From assembly GCA_019658995.1 (NCBI GenBank), contig JAIFWN010000005.1:22588-86587 (forward strand): DNA of 64,000 bases, read 5' to 3'. The notes under the pieces were generated by a model, which had not been told where the DNA came from, searched no databases, and saw only the letters and a list, made by a program, of their open reading frames with translations. The stretch's first letter is position 1. Every line of letters begins with the position of its first letter. This DNA is from Candidatus Parcubacteria bacterium. GTDB taxonomy: Bacteria; Patescibacteriota; Minisyncoccia; Phycocordibacterales; Zambryskibacteraceae. Both the position numbers and the translations under genes were made by a program. Positions 26,386 to 35,200 of the stretch are shown here, in pieces.

Positions 26386-26856
26386 TTGGGGGCATTCCGC
26401 TCTCTTTGTTCTCTTTGCCACACTGGAGATCTTTCAATGCCCGCGAAAACCGCTTCACGCCGCAAGCTGGTCGTCACCGCCGCCGCCGTCAACCGCAGGC
26501 TCGACCATATCCAGCGGAGCCTCGACGCCCTGGTCAAGCATCAGCGTCTCTCGACGATCCTTGAGTTCAAGGGTCACGGTTCCGAGCTCAAGGTGACTCC
26601 GGAAAAATTCGAGCCGGACCGTGAGGTACTTCTCGATAGGGCGCTCAAGGCCCTGAATGATCCAGAGTTGTCGAGTCGCTACCAGAATGGTGACCCGAAT
26701 ACATGGGGTTACTGCATCCTGGAGAAGTGCGCTTTCGATGACTTCGTCATTCGTGACACTTACACCGCCGTCAAGAAAGGTCTCGCTCGCCTTTTGGCGA
26801 ACAGGGACATCCGGGGTGCTGAGAACTTCCTGCGTGAAGTGATGACTCAGCTCTAG
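26386..26856 (+). CDS. hypothetical protein (GC-rich ORF with its own terminator)
   Basis: 156 aa. Likely start is MPAKTASRRKLVV at 26437. No motif. Next to tRNA-Ser and followed by a strong terminator. Confidence 0.4.
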   Translation: MGAFRSLCSLCHTGDLSMPAKTASRRKLVVTAAAVNRRLDHIQRSLDALVKHQRLSTILEFKGHGSELKVTPEKFEPDREVLLDRALKALNDPELSSRYQNGDPNTWGYCILEKCAFDDFVIRDTYTAVKKGLARLLANRDIRGAENFLREVMTQL

Positions 26857-26878
26857 TAACATCGGCCGTGTTGTACAG

Positions 26879-26903
26879 GCCCCGATTAGCGTCGGGGCTT
26901 TTT
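26879..26903 (+). terminator. intrinsic terminator
   Basis: GCCCCGA-TTAGCG-TCGGGGC followed by TTTTTC. A 7-bp GC stem plus T-run. Confidence 0.65.
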
Positions 26904-26922
26904 CTTATGATAAAATTTAAGC

Positions 26923-27393
26923 GTGGCCAAATCTATCCCCACATTAGAGTGGAACGCTCATGAGTACGAACACAAGGAGCGGAGCTCCGACTGGTTCTGG
27001 GCTGCCGGCATTATCACTGCCGGCCTTGCCTTGACTTCTATCATCTTTGGCAATGTCATACTCGGTATACTTGTCGTCGTCAGCGCCTTTTCGCTGGCGC
27101 TTTTTATAAACCGCCCGCCCGAAAACATCCACATTTCCATAAATGACGAGGGTCTTGCCCGCGGCAGAGTCTTCTACCCCTTCGAAACTCTTGCCGCCTT
27201 CTGGATAGACACCGATCATCCGCACAAGAAGGTGATTCTACGGTCAAAAAAGATGCTGATGCCGCTTATTGTCATACCTCTTTCGGACAACATCGACACC
27301 GAACGCTTGCGCGGAAATTTATCTCAGTATCTCAAAGAGGAATACCACACCCTGCCTCTGGTCGAGAAAATATTGGAATACTTGGGTTTTTGA
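26923..27393 (+). CDS. hypothetical membrane protein (2 TM)
   Basis: 156 aa. A TM hairpin (WFWAAGIITAGLALTSIIFGNVILGILVVVSAFSLALFI) followed by a soluble C-terminal domain. Confidence 0.45.
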   Translation: MAKSIPTLEWNAHEYEHKERSSDWFWAAGIITAGLALTSIIFGNVILGILVVVSAFSLALFINRPPENIHISINDEGLARGRVFYPFETLAAFWIDTDHPHKKVILRSKKMLMPLIVIPLSDNIDTERLRGNLSQYLKEEYHTLPLVEKILEYLGF

Positions 27394-27413
27394 GTTATAT
27401 TGGAAATCTTCCC

Positions 27414-27485
27414 GTCCCCATAGTTTAATGGATAGAACGCCAGATTGCGGATCTGGCAATCCAGGTTCGATTCCTGGTGGGGGCA
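27414..27485 (+). tRNA. tRNA with anticodon GCG (Arg isotype inferred)
   Basis: GTCCCCA-TA-GTTT-AATGGATA-GAAC-G-CCAGA-TTGCGGA-TCTGG-CAAT-CCAGG-TTCGATT-CCTGG-TGGGGGC-A. The GCG anticodon is unusual; bacteria normally use ACG for this box. Confidence 0.7.
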
Positions 27486-27538
27486 CACATTGCTGAGTTA
27501 GGTATATACTTAAAGGTAGACAGAGGACTGGAGGGTTC

Positions 27539-27769
27539 ATGGGTAAACAAGGCATGATCTGCATCGCCTTCATCAATCCCGACCACGTTGTCAATTTTCA
27601 TAAGGACAAAGACGAGGCGTTCGAGCATTTCTGCACCATGCTCGAGCAACACCGGTCGGGAAAGGTATGTGATGGGTGGGAATTAGTTTTTGAGGATGAT
27701 CTGCTGGGCAACCCCGCCTTGCTCCTTAGCATTATAAATATGCTGAAGAGACAAGGAGCCTTTCCTTAA
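27539..27769 (+). CDS. small hypothetical protein
   Basis: 76 aa ORF downstream of a tRNA, ending at a hairpin + T-run (27771-27806). No motif. Confidence 0.3.
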   Translation: MGKQGMICIAFINPDHVVNFHKDKDEAFEHFCTMLEQHRSGKVCDGWELVFEDDLLGNPALLLSIINMLKRQGAFP

Positions 27770-27803
27770 ACCTCGTTTTGCAAGCAATTGCGAAGCGAGG
27801 TTT

Positions 27804-28154
27804 TTAGCCCAACTTTTTGATCATCTTCGCGAGGCGGGATTTCTTGCGTGAAGCGGCATTTCTGTCGAGAGTGTTGTGTTTGACTGCTTTGTCGAGAGCT
27901 TTCTGCGCGACATGCAGAGCTTTAACGGCTTCCTTTTTGTTTCCAGAAGCGATTAATTTCTTTACCGCCTTGACGGCGCCTACGGCCTTGTCTTTGCGTT
28001 CCATGTTGAAATTGCGCTTCCTCTGTGAGCTCCGGAGTGCCTTCCTGGCGCTTCGTGTTATTGGCATGTCGGAGATGCTATCATACCCACATGATTGGCA
28101 CAATACAGGGCACCGTACGCCACAAGGATCTACATACATTAATAGTGGAGACAA
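27804..28154 (-). CDS. rpsT: 30S ribosomal protein S20
   Basis: MPITRSARKALRSSQRKRNFNMERKDKAVGAVKAV...KKSRLAKMIKKLG is the canonical S20. The true start is MPITRSARK at 28067. The upstream 29 codons overlap ruvA and are probably not translated. Confidence 0.85.
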   Translation of the reverse strand: MSPLLMYVDPCGVRCPVLCQSCGYDSISDMPITRSARKALRSSQRKRNFNMERKDKAVGAVKAVKKLIASGNKKEAVKALHVAQKALDKAVKHNTLDRNAASRKKSRLAKMIKKLG

Positions 28155-28672
28155 ACGGAGTCGGCTATAAGGTCTACTCTACTACCGACACCGCCCTGGG
28201 AGCGGTCATTGGCGAGGCGGTTTTTCTCTGGACATATCTATCGGTTAAGGAAAATGCTTTGGATCTTTTCGGCTTCCCGGACAAAGATAACCTGGACGTC
28301 TTCGAACTCCTCATCGGTATCTCGGGCATAGGGCCGAAGACGGCTCTTTCCATACTCAATGTGGCTTCCCCTGCCATGCTACGCCAAGCCGTGGCGAGCG
28401 ACGACACCACTTATCTGACCAAAGTCGGCGGCATAGGCAAGAAGAATGCGGAGAAGATCGTCCTCGAATTGCGGGATAAGCTTGTTACCACAAGCGCGGA
28501 CAAAAGTGCCAACTTGCGCGCCGAAGGCGACGTCATGGAAGCACTTCTCTCGCTCGGATATGATGAACGCGATGTGCGCGATGTGCTGAAAAGACTGCCA
28601 AAAGACCTGGAGAATACTTCGGATAGGGTCAGATATGCGCTTAAGCTTCTTTCAGAAAGCAATGGTCGATGA
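28025..28672 (+). CDS. ruvA: Holliday junction DNA helicase subunit RuvA
   Basis: MIGTIQGTV...GVGYKVYSTTDTALG (OB domain), tandem HhH motifs (LIGISGIGPKTALSIL; LTKVGGIGKKNAEKIVLEL) and a C-terminal domain III. Likely start is MIGTIQG at 28091. Confidence 0.88.
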   Translation: MSSGVPSWRFVLLACRRCYHTHMIGTIQGTVRHKDLHTLIVETNGVGYKVYSTTDTALGAVIGEAVFLWTYLSVKENALDLFGFPDKDNLDVFELLIGISGIGPKTALSILNVASPAMLRQAVASDDTTYLTKVGGIGKKNAEKIVLELRDKLVTTSADKSANLRAEGDVMEALLSLGYDERDVRDVLKRLPKDLENTSDRVRYALKLLSESNGR

Positions 28673-29948
28673 TCTTTTGAGCCGGATAAAGAGGTTCATA
28701 CCGAAAAAGCTCTTTGATGCCATGGCACCCGCTTATCACTACTCTCTTGCCCTCGCTGGCGCTCTTGTCTTCGGCTTTCCTTCTAAGAGACTTACCGTCA
28801 TTGCCGTTACCGGAACTAAGGGCAAGTCGAGTACAACCGAGATGATCAATGCCATTTTTGAGGCGGCCGGACACAGGACAGTGCTTCTAAATACCATACG
28901 CTGGAAGATAGCAGACAATTCCACTCCAAATACAAGAAAAATGACGGTGCCCGGCCGCTTCTTCATCCAGCAGATGCTTCGTGCCGGGCTCTCCGCCGGC
29001 TGTGACACGGCGATCCTCGAGCTCTCGAGTGAGGCGGCTAAGCAGTACAGGCATAAATTTGTTTACCTAGATGCCTTAGTCTTCACCAATCTCACTCCCG
29101 AACATATAGAGAGTCATGGCTCTTTTGAGGCTTACCGCAAAGCCAAGCTCTCCCTGACCGAGACATTGTGCAGACGCCTGAAGAAGAGAAGCGTCATTGT
29201 CGCAAACGCCGATGATCCGGAATCGGCCCACTTTTTGAAATGCGGTGCCCTCGAACAAGTCCCCTTCTCCCTCAGAGATGGCGATCCGTATAAGATCGAG
29301 GCTGGCGGCGTTACTTTCAATTTCGACGGAGTGGAAATAAAATCCGTATTGCGCGGAGAATTCAACCTTAGGAATCTATTGGGTGCGGCAGCCTGCGCTA
29401 AGACTTTCGGAATCTCCGCCGCAGCCATCAAAGAAGGTCTGGAGAAGCTCTCCATAATCAAGGGTCGGGTGGAGTTCGTAAAGCTGGATGGAAATACGGA
29501 TCAGAACTTCGACGTAGTTGTGGACTATGCCCATACCGCCGACTCGCTCAAGGAATTGTACAAGGCTTTTGAAAATCAGCGCAAAATCTGCGTTCTGGGC
29601 AACACCGGCGGCGGTCGCGACAGATGGAAGCGCCCGGAGATGGCCGGCGTAGCGGATGCTTATTGCGATGAAATAATTTTAACCAACGAGGATCCGTATG
29701 ATGAAAATCCTGACAAAATCATCGAGGACATGTTGCCGGGGTTCAAAACCAAAGAGCCCACTATCATCATGGATCGCCGCGATGCCATTGCCGAGGCTAT
29801 CAAGCGCGCCAAGGGCGGTGACGCCGTGCTCATCACAGGCAAAGGCACCGATCCTTACATAATGCTCGCTAATGGCAAGAAACTTTCCTGGTCTGATTAC
29901 GAAGTCGCTAAAGAAGAACTCAAAAAAGTTTTAACCGGCAATGCCTGA
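28635..29948 (+). CDS. Mur-ligase-family protein (MurE-like; no N-terminal UDP-binding domain)
   Basis: P-loop VIAVTGTKGKSSTTEMI (the GTNGKT-type motif of Mur ligases), the central and C-terminal Mur-ligase domains (DYAHTADSL; NEDPYDENP). Confidence 0.65.
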   Translation: MRLSFFQKAMVDDLLSRIKRFIPKKLFDAMAPAYHYSLALAGALVFGFPSKRLTVIAVTGTKGKSSTTEMINAIFEAAGHRTVLLNTIRWKIADNSTPNTRKMTVPGRFFIQQMLRAGLSAGCDTAILELSSEAAKQYRHKFVYLDALVFTNLTPEHIESHGSFEAYRKAKLSLTETLCRRLKKRSVIVANADDPESAHFLKCGALEQVPFSLRDGDPYKIEAGGVTFNFDGVEIKSVLRGEFNLRNLLGAAACAKTFGISAAAIKEGLEKLSIIKGRVEFVKLDGNTDQNFDVVVDYAHTADSLKELYKAFENQRKICVLGNTGGGRDRWKRPEMAGVADAYCDEIILTNEDPYDENPDKIIEDMLPGFKTKEPTIIMDRRDAIAEAIKRAKGGDAVLITGKGTDPYIMLANGKKLSWSDYEVAKEELKKVLTGNA

Positions 29949-30852
29949 GCTGCCAGAAGTACAGACTACCGTCAATGGTCTCAACGCTACCGTCAGGGGC
30001 CGGCGAATCACCGATGTCTGGACCGACTACAAGAGCGCGCACAAGATGCACAAGGACAGCATCAAAGATGCTAAATTTTACAAAGAGTTCTGCAGAAAAG
30101 TCTGCGGACACAAAATTTTAAAGGCCGAGAGACGTGCTAAAAATATTTTGATCCATCTCTCCGGAGGTCATACCATACTCGTGCATATGAAGATGACCGG
30201 GCACTTGCTCTATGGAGATTACGAAAGAAAAAATAACAAATGGCATGCAGTGAGAGACAAGGCTCTCCAGGACCCCTTCAACCAGTTCATACGCTTCGCG
30301 CTCACTCTGGATAATGGCAAACATCTGGTACTCTCCGATATGCGCCGCTTCGCCAAAGTAACGATTATGGATACTGACAAGCTCGAGGAATCGTCACATC
30401 TCCGTGATATAGGGCCGGAACCTCTTGAGACCTCCTTCACCTATCCCAAATTCAAGGAGAGGCTCATGAAGAGACCGAACGGCAAAGTGAAGCAGGTTCT
30501 CATGGATCCGGGCATCATAGCCGGCATAGGCAACATCTATTCGGACGAAATTCTCTGGCGCGCCGGAGTACACCCGGTCTCCAGTGTGATTAAAATACCA
30601 GAGAAAAACTCCAAAGAAATGTTTAGGTCAATGAAGGCCGTGCTCAATAAAGGTATCGATTTCGGCGGTGACTCGATGAGCGACTACCGCAACGTCTACG
30701 GTAAGGCGGGCAAATTCCAGGAGCATCACAATGCATACAGACGCACTGGCAAAAAATGTACGAAGAAAGGGTGCGACGGGACTATCAGGAGGCAGGTAGT
30801 GGGCGGCAGAAGTGCCCACTACTGCGACAAGCATCAGAAGTTATTTAAGTAG
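29941..30852 (+). CDS. mutM: formamidopyrimidine-DNA glycosylase (Fpg/MutM)
   Basis: N-terminal catalytic MPELPEV, an H2TH region, and a C-terminal zinc finger C..C...C..C (CTKKGCDGTIRRQVVGGRSAHYCDKHQ). Confidence 0.88.
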   Translation: MPELPEVQTTVNGLNATVRGRRITDVWTDYKSAHKMHKDSIKDAKFYKEFCRKVCGHKILKAERRAKNILIHLSGGHTILVHMKMTGHLLYGDYERKNNKWHAVRDKALQDPFNQFIRFALTLDNGKHLVLSDMRRFAKVTIMDTDKLEESSHLRDIGPEPLETSFTYPKFKERLMKRPNGKVKQVLMDPGIIAGIGNIYSDEILWRAGVHPVSSVIKIPEKNSKEMFRSMKAVLNKGIDFGGDSMSDYRNVYGKAGKFQEHHNAYRRTGKKCTKKGCDGTIRRQVVGGRSAHYCDKHQKLFK

Positions 30853-31308
30853 CTCGTGAAGAGCGATACCTGCGGCGACGGAGACATTTAAAGATTCTTT
30901 CTTCCCCTTCATCGGAATTTCATAGATTTTATCCGCAAGTCCGAGAGCTTCTTTTGAAACACCATCGACTTCATTGCCTAAAATTAATGCGAAGCTGTCT
31001 GAAATCTTGAATTCCGCACCTCGCTCATCCTGCTCTAGGGCGACAATCTGAAATCCATCAGACTTTAAATTTTCGATTACCGGTTTTATTTCCTTCGCAA
31101 ACTCCCACTCGACCATATCCTCTGCTCCAAGAGATACTTTGGCAAAATCCTTGCGTTTCCTGCCGAAGCGGTCTAGCGGAGCGGGAGTGGTACCTACTAA
31201 GATTATTTTCGCCACGCCCAAACTCTCCGCCGTGCGGAAGATTGAGGCCGTATTCTCGACGCTCCTTATATTGTCCAGAACGACAATAGCTGTCTTCATA
31301 AGCCGCAT
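30841..31308 (-). CDS. SpoU-family RNA 2'-O-methyltransferase (TrmH/TrmL-like)
   Basis: VVLDNIRSVENTASIFRTAESLGV (motif 1) and LILGNEVDGVS..IPMKG..ESLNVSVAAGIALHEL (motifs 2-3 of the SPOUT fold). Confidence 0.75.
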   Translation of the reverse strand: MRLMKTAIVVLDNIRSVENTASIFRTAESLGVAKIILVGTTPAPLDRFGRKRKDFAKVSLGAEDMVEWEFAKEIKPVIENLKSDGFQIVALEQDERGAEFKISDSFALILGNEVDGVSKEALGLADKIYEIPMKGKKESLNVSVAAGIALHELLK

Positions 31309-31322
31309 GCTATCATAAAAAC

Positions 31323-31676
31323 ATGCTTAACCCATTTCCCGGCCTGCTCATATATTCGACTCTGGCCCCTTTTATATTGCGCATTGTTCTCGGCTTTATT
31401 TTCCTGGATCTCGGAATCTTGGATTACAGAAAGAAAGGTTATATGAAGCTCTTGGGTATAGTTGAGGTTATTGGAGCTCTTATGCTCTTCATCGGCTTTT
31501 ACACCCAGATTGCGGCACTCCTCTTCGTTATCATCTCTGCTGCCAGTTTCTATATAGAGTATAAAGCCGACACCATACTCAAGCGCGACATCGTCTTCTA
31601 TATGCTCCTCTTGGCGATCTCAATCTCTCTTCTCCTTACCGGAGCCGGCGCTTACGCCAAAGACATCCCGCTTTAA
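31323..31676 (+). CDS. DoxX-family membrane protein
   Basis: 117 aa, 4 TM helices with a DoxX-like pattern (RIVLGFIFLDLGI...IVEVIGALMLFIGFYTQIAALLFVII). Confidence 0.55.
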   Translation: MLNPFPGLLIYSTLAPFILRIVLGFIFLDLGILDYRKKGYMKLLGIVEVIGALMLFIGFYTQIAALLFVIISAASFYIEYKADTILKRDIVFYMLLLAISISLLLTGAGAYAKDIPL

Positions 31677-31720
31677 CTCGACAGCGTCCGGCATTTTCGG
31701 TATAGTTTTTGAGATTTTAC

Positions 31721-31791
31721 GCCCCCATAGCTCAGTGGTAGAGCAGTTGCCTTTTAAGCAATTGATCCAGGTCCGATTCCTGGTGGGGGCA
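31721..31791 (+). tRNA. tRNA-Lys (anticodon TTT)
   Basis: GCCCCCA-TA-GCTC-AGTGGTA-GAGC-A-GTTGC-CTTTTAA-GCAAT-TGAT-CCAGG-TCCGATT-CCTGG-TGGGGGC-A. Confidence 0.85.
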
Positions 31792-31795
31792 CTAT

Positions 31796-32206
31796 CTAAC
31801 GATCAGCGGCAGGGCTGTCCGGAATTATATTTAGTGAAGAAACTTCAACTACCTTGTGTACCGACGGGCGCCAGAGAACAGCCTTTTTGGACGTTGTATA
31901 TATAAGTATCTGATCGCCTTTCTCAGCCTCGGCAAAGAACGGCTGATCACGGAGCTTGGAAGGATCCGATATTGTGGCTACCGTTGGGGTCTCTCCTTCG
32001 GGAAGTATTACTTTCTCCCCTACTTCGGAAATTATGCTTCTGAGCTTCTCCTCTGCTGAGAGAGCTGGCGTACGATACGCCTGGAGCTGCATCAGGAGCA
32101 TGATCATCGCCGCAAGAAGTATGGCAACTACGGCGGAGAGTATGAGAGTCAGTCTTTTGATATTTTTTGGAACGCGCTTGAAAAGGTTATCGTATTGAGA
32201 AAGCAT
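31796..32206 (-). CDS. hypothetical membrane-anchored protein (N-terminal TM)
   Basis: 136 aa with TM LTLILSAVVAILLAAMIMLLM. Sits directly downstream of the giant surface-protein gene. Confidence 0.4.
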   Translation of the reverse strand: MLSQYDNLFKRVPKNIKRLTLILSAVVAILLAAMIMLLMQLQAYRTPALSAEEKLRSIISEVGEKVILPEGETPTVATISDPSKLRDQPFFAEAEKGDQILIYTTSKKAVLWRPSVHKVVEVSSLNIIPDSPAADR

Positions 32207-32214
32207 CTACTACA

Positions 32215-35200
32215 TTATGGCGCAGGTGTGGGGTCTGTAGCAACTTCCGGCGCCGGTTCGGGAGCTGACTCCGGTGCCGGTTCGGGATCAGGTTCGGAAA
32301 CAGTTTCTGGTTCAGGCGCTACCTCGGGGACAGGTTCCGGTTCGGAGACAGTCTCGGGTTCCGGCTCCGGCGATGGAGAAGCCGGTGCGGATCCGCAAGC
32401 GCCCTGGAATTTATCCCATTCACCGTTCTTTATGGTGAGGCAATAAGTGCTGCCGGTAGCGGAGTCTATAAGTTCTATACCCTGCGAGACGTGAGCCGTG
32501 CCGACCTCCACTCTGTTGAATATTCCGAGAGCGGCGGTGATCTTCTGTCCTATCCATTCAGTTATAGTCCCCAGTATACTGCCGGAAGATAGCGGAGTAG
32601 CGCTCGCGCTCTCCAGAGCTCCGACCCTTGCTACGAGGGCATCGAGTGTGGGGCTCTCTATTGTATTAGCATATACAAGGTTCGCGGTCAGTTTGGGGGT
32701 GATTATCTCAATGCCGGCAAGTATCCTGTCCGTCGAGATTTCCGAAACGAATCCGGCCGTAACAAGGCTTCCGCTCATGAGAGATGCGAGCACCTGCTTG
32801 GAATCCGGTAAGGAACCGATCCCCGAGAGGCCGGGCAGTTTGTCTACGGCAATGCCCGAGTAATAAGAATTCTTGACGAAGACCTCAATCTTTCCTGTTC
32901 CGGTTCCCGAATAATTATCGAGAGCCTGGCCTATGACTACTCCGGCTTTGAGAGCCTTGGCAGCTACGCCCGGAACCGAAGAAAGCGTCAGGTAATCTCC
33001 GACGATTATCTCCCCGTTTTCCGTATTTACCTTGGTCGGAATGCGTCCGGAGAGTGCTATTGGAAATTTGCCAGGTGTAGAGAGGTTTTCGTCAGTAGAG
33101 AGGCCGAGCACTATACCCGGATCGGTCGAGACTACTCCCATCATGCGGCTTTGGTTGGCTTGAGTGGCTATGGTCACGGTGAGACCTCCGGCCGAACTGA
33201 CCACGTCTCCTGTCTCAAGATGCTCAGCTGAGTTATAAGCTTCGGCCAAGTCGGAAGCGGTGATCTGCTCCCCTAGAGCGGTCAGGCGACCGGCGGTCGT
33301 CGAGGCCGTGCACCAGCCATCGTTATCCAAACAGAGGCTTCCATTGACTATGGCAACATGAGCCTGATCCTTGCCGTTGCCGACGATCAACATGTTTTTC
33401 AAAGCTGCAGGAAGCCCTACGCCGGTGCCGGCAGTCAGACCGGTCGTGGTCGCGCCAAATAAGCTGATGGTAGAGGTAGCGCCGTTCGCACTGAAAGCAA
33501 GAAGCGGAATGGCCAAAGTGTTCGTTGTCGAAGCTATGACCCAGTTGGCCCCGGTAGCACTTGTAGCGATGGTAGTGGTAGCGTTGTTTGTAAATGAAAG
33601 GTTGTTGCCTATAGTCGCTGCTGCGGCAAAGAGATTCGTGGTCGAGGCCAGGGTCGAGAAGAAGTTAGTAGTTGTCGCAGAAGTGCCCGTCGCTGTAGTA
33701 AAGGTGAAATTTTGCAGAGTCGAGGAACCGGAAGAGAGCAGGTTCGCCAAGGTGCCGAGACCAACCGTTGTTATGGTTCCGGTATTAAATGTGGCAGCAA
33801 AGAGGCTGGTGGTACTTGCGATCGTGGAAAAGAGATTTGTCGTAGTAGCATTCGTCGTGGTGGAGCGTAGAGCTTTGAAATCGAGAAGGCCGTTCAGGTC
33901 TATGATCAGAGCCGGAACAGTGGAGGTAGCAAATGTCGACGGAGAAGAAGTGGCCAGATACAGCAATCCACCGGAGTTTCTAAAGGTCCAGTGATTTAGA
34001 GATAGTGAGCTCGGATCAGAGAGAGCAAGCTGAGGACGAGTTGAGCTTGCGAACTGCCCAACCCACTGCGGAGTGGCGGTACCGACACCGAGATTGAAGC
34101 TTGTAATGATAGTACCGGTTGCTGCCGCGTTCAAAGTGGCGAAAGATCCAACAGCGAGGCCCTTACCAATGCCAACACCTGACAGTGATGCTACGGTACC
34201 TATGCCTATGCCGATGTTGTTATTTCTGATATTGAATGCGTAATTACCGAAGAAGGTGTCATTTATACCGAAGAATGGGGCGCTTGAGACCTGAGTGCTT
34301 ACGAGCTCATAACTGTCGCCCGGCGATGCAGACTGAAGGCGTATTGCGGCCGAGGTATTGCTTATATGAATAAAGGAAGTAGCGCCGCTTCCAGTAGAGG
34401 GGCTTTGTGTTCCGATTCCGACATTACCCTCCACATTAAGTCCGCTGCCTGTTGGCGCAGCGGTACCGAAGTTGGGACCGATGCTCACTCCTCCGGCAAC
34501 GGAGAGTTTGCTGCCGGGGGTAGTAGTACCGATGCCGACATAGGCCGTAGAGCCGATTATCGAGAGAGCGGTATGACTTGAAGTCGCAAAGGTGCTCGGC
34601 GAAGAAGTTGCCAGGAAGAGACTGCCTCCGGCGTTTCTAAAGGACCAGTGATTGAATGCCGCCGAGCCACTGTCTGAAATAGTTATCTGCGGCCCTGTCG
34701 ATGAAGCAACTTGTAAGGCCCAGCGCTGAGTCGAGGTACCGATACCGACATTTCCGAGAGAATTCACAACTAATGCATTATTTCCGATTGTAAGCAAAGA
34801 GGAGAAGAGATTCGTTGATGAGGCTGTTGTAGCGAAGAAGTTAGTGGTTGTCGCGGAAGTACCAGTGGCATTCCTGAAGGTGAAGTTCTGGAGCGTGGAT
34901 GATCCGCTTGTATAAAACGCCCCTAAAACCTCAAGAAGCGGCCCTGTCGTAGTGGTTGCCGAACCGCCTAAGACCAAGGCCATACTCGTACCCCCTGAAG
35001 GAAATAGGGCAAATCCGTTCGTGGAAGTGGCAAATTTTGAATTCCCAGCCGCGCTTCCCCCTCCGCTTGAAGTCGAAAGACAAACCCCATTTATAGCAAA
35101 ACATCCGCCGGAGATATCAATACCATTAACCGCAGTAGTTGTAGCGCCAAGAAGAGAAAGAATGCCGGAAATGCTGACGTTTGATGAAAAGGCTCCGGTC

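Noticed and set aside
27414-31791. Near-identical tRNA ends flanking 27486-31720 as att sites of an integrated element
   Set aside because: The intervening genes are core housekeeping (rpsT, ruvA, Mur ligase, mutM, SpoU methylase). No integrase, phage or plasmid genes are present, and the two tRNAs have different, intact anticodon arms.
32225-32400. Short direct repeats that could be mistaken for a CRISPR array
   Set aside because: The repeats are contiguous with no unique spacers, lie in frame within a coding sequence (the PEPE tail), and no cas genes are nearby.
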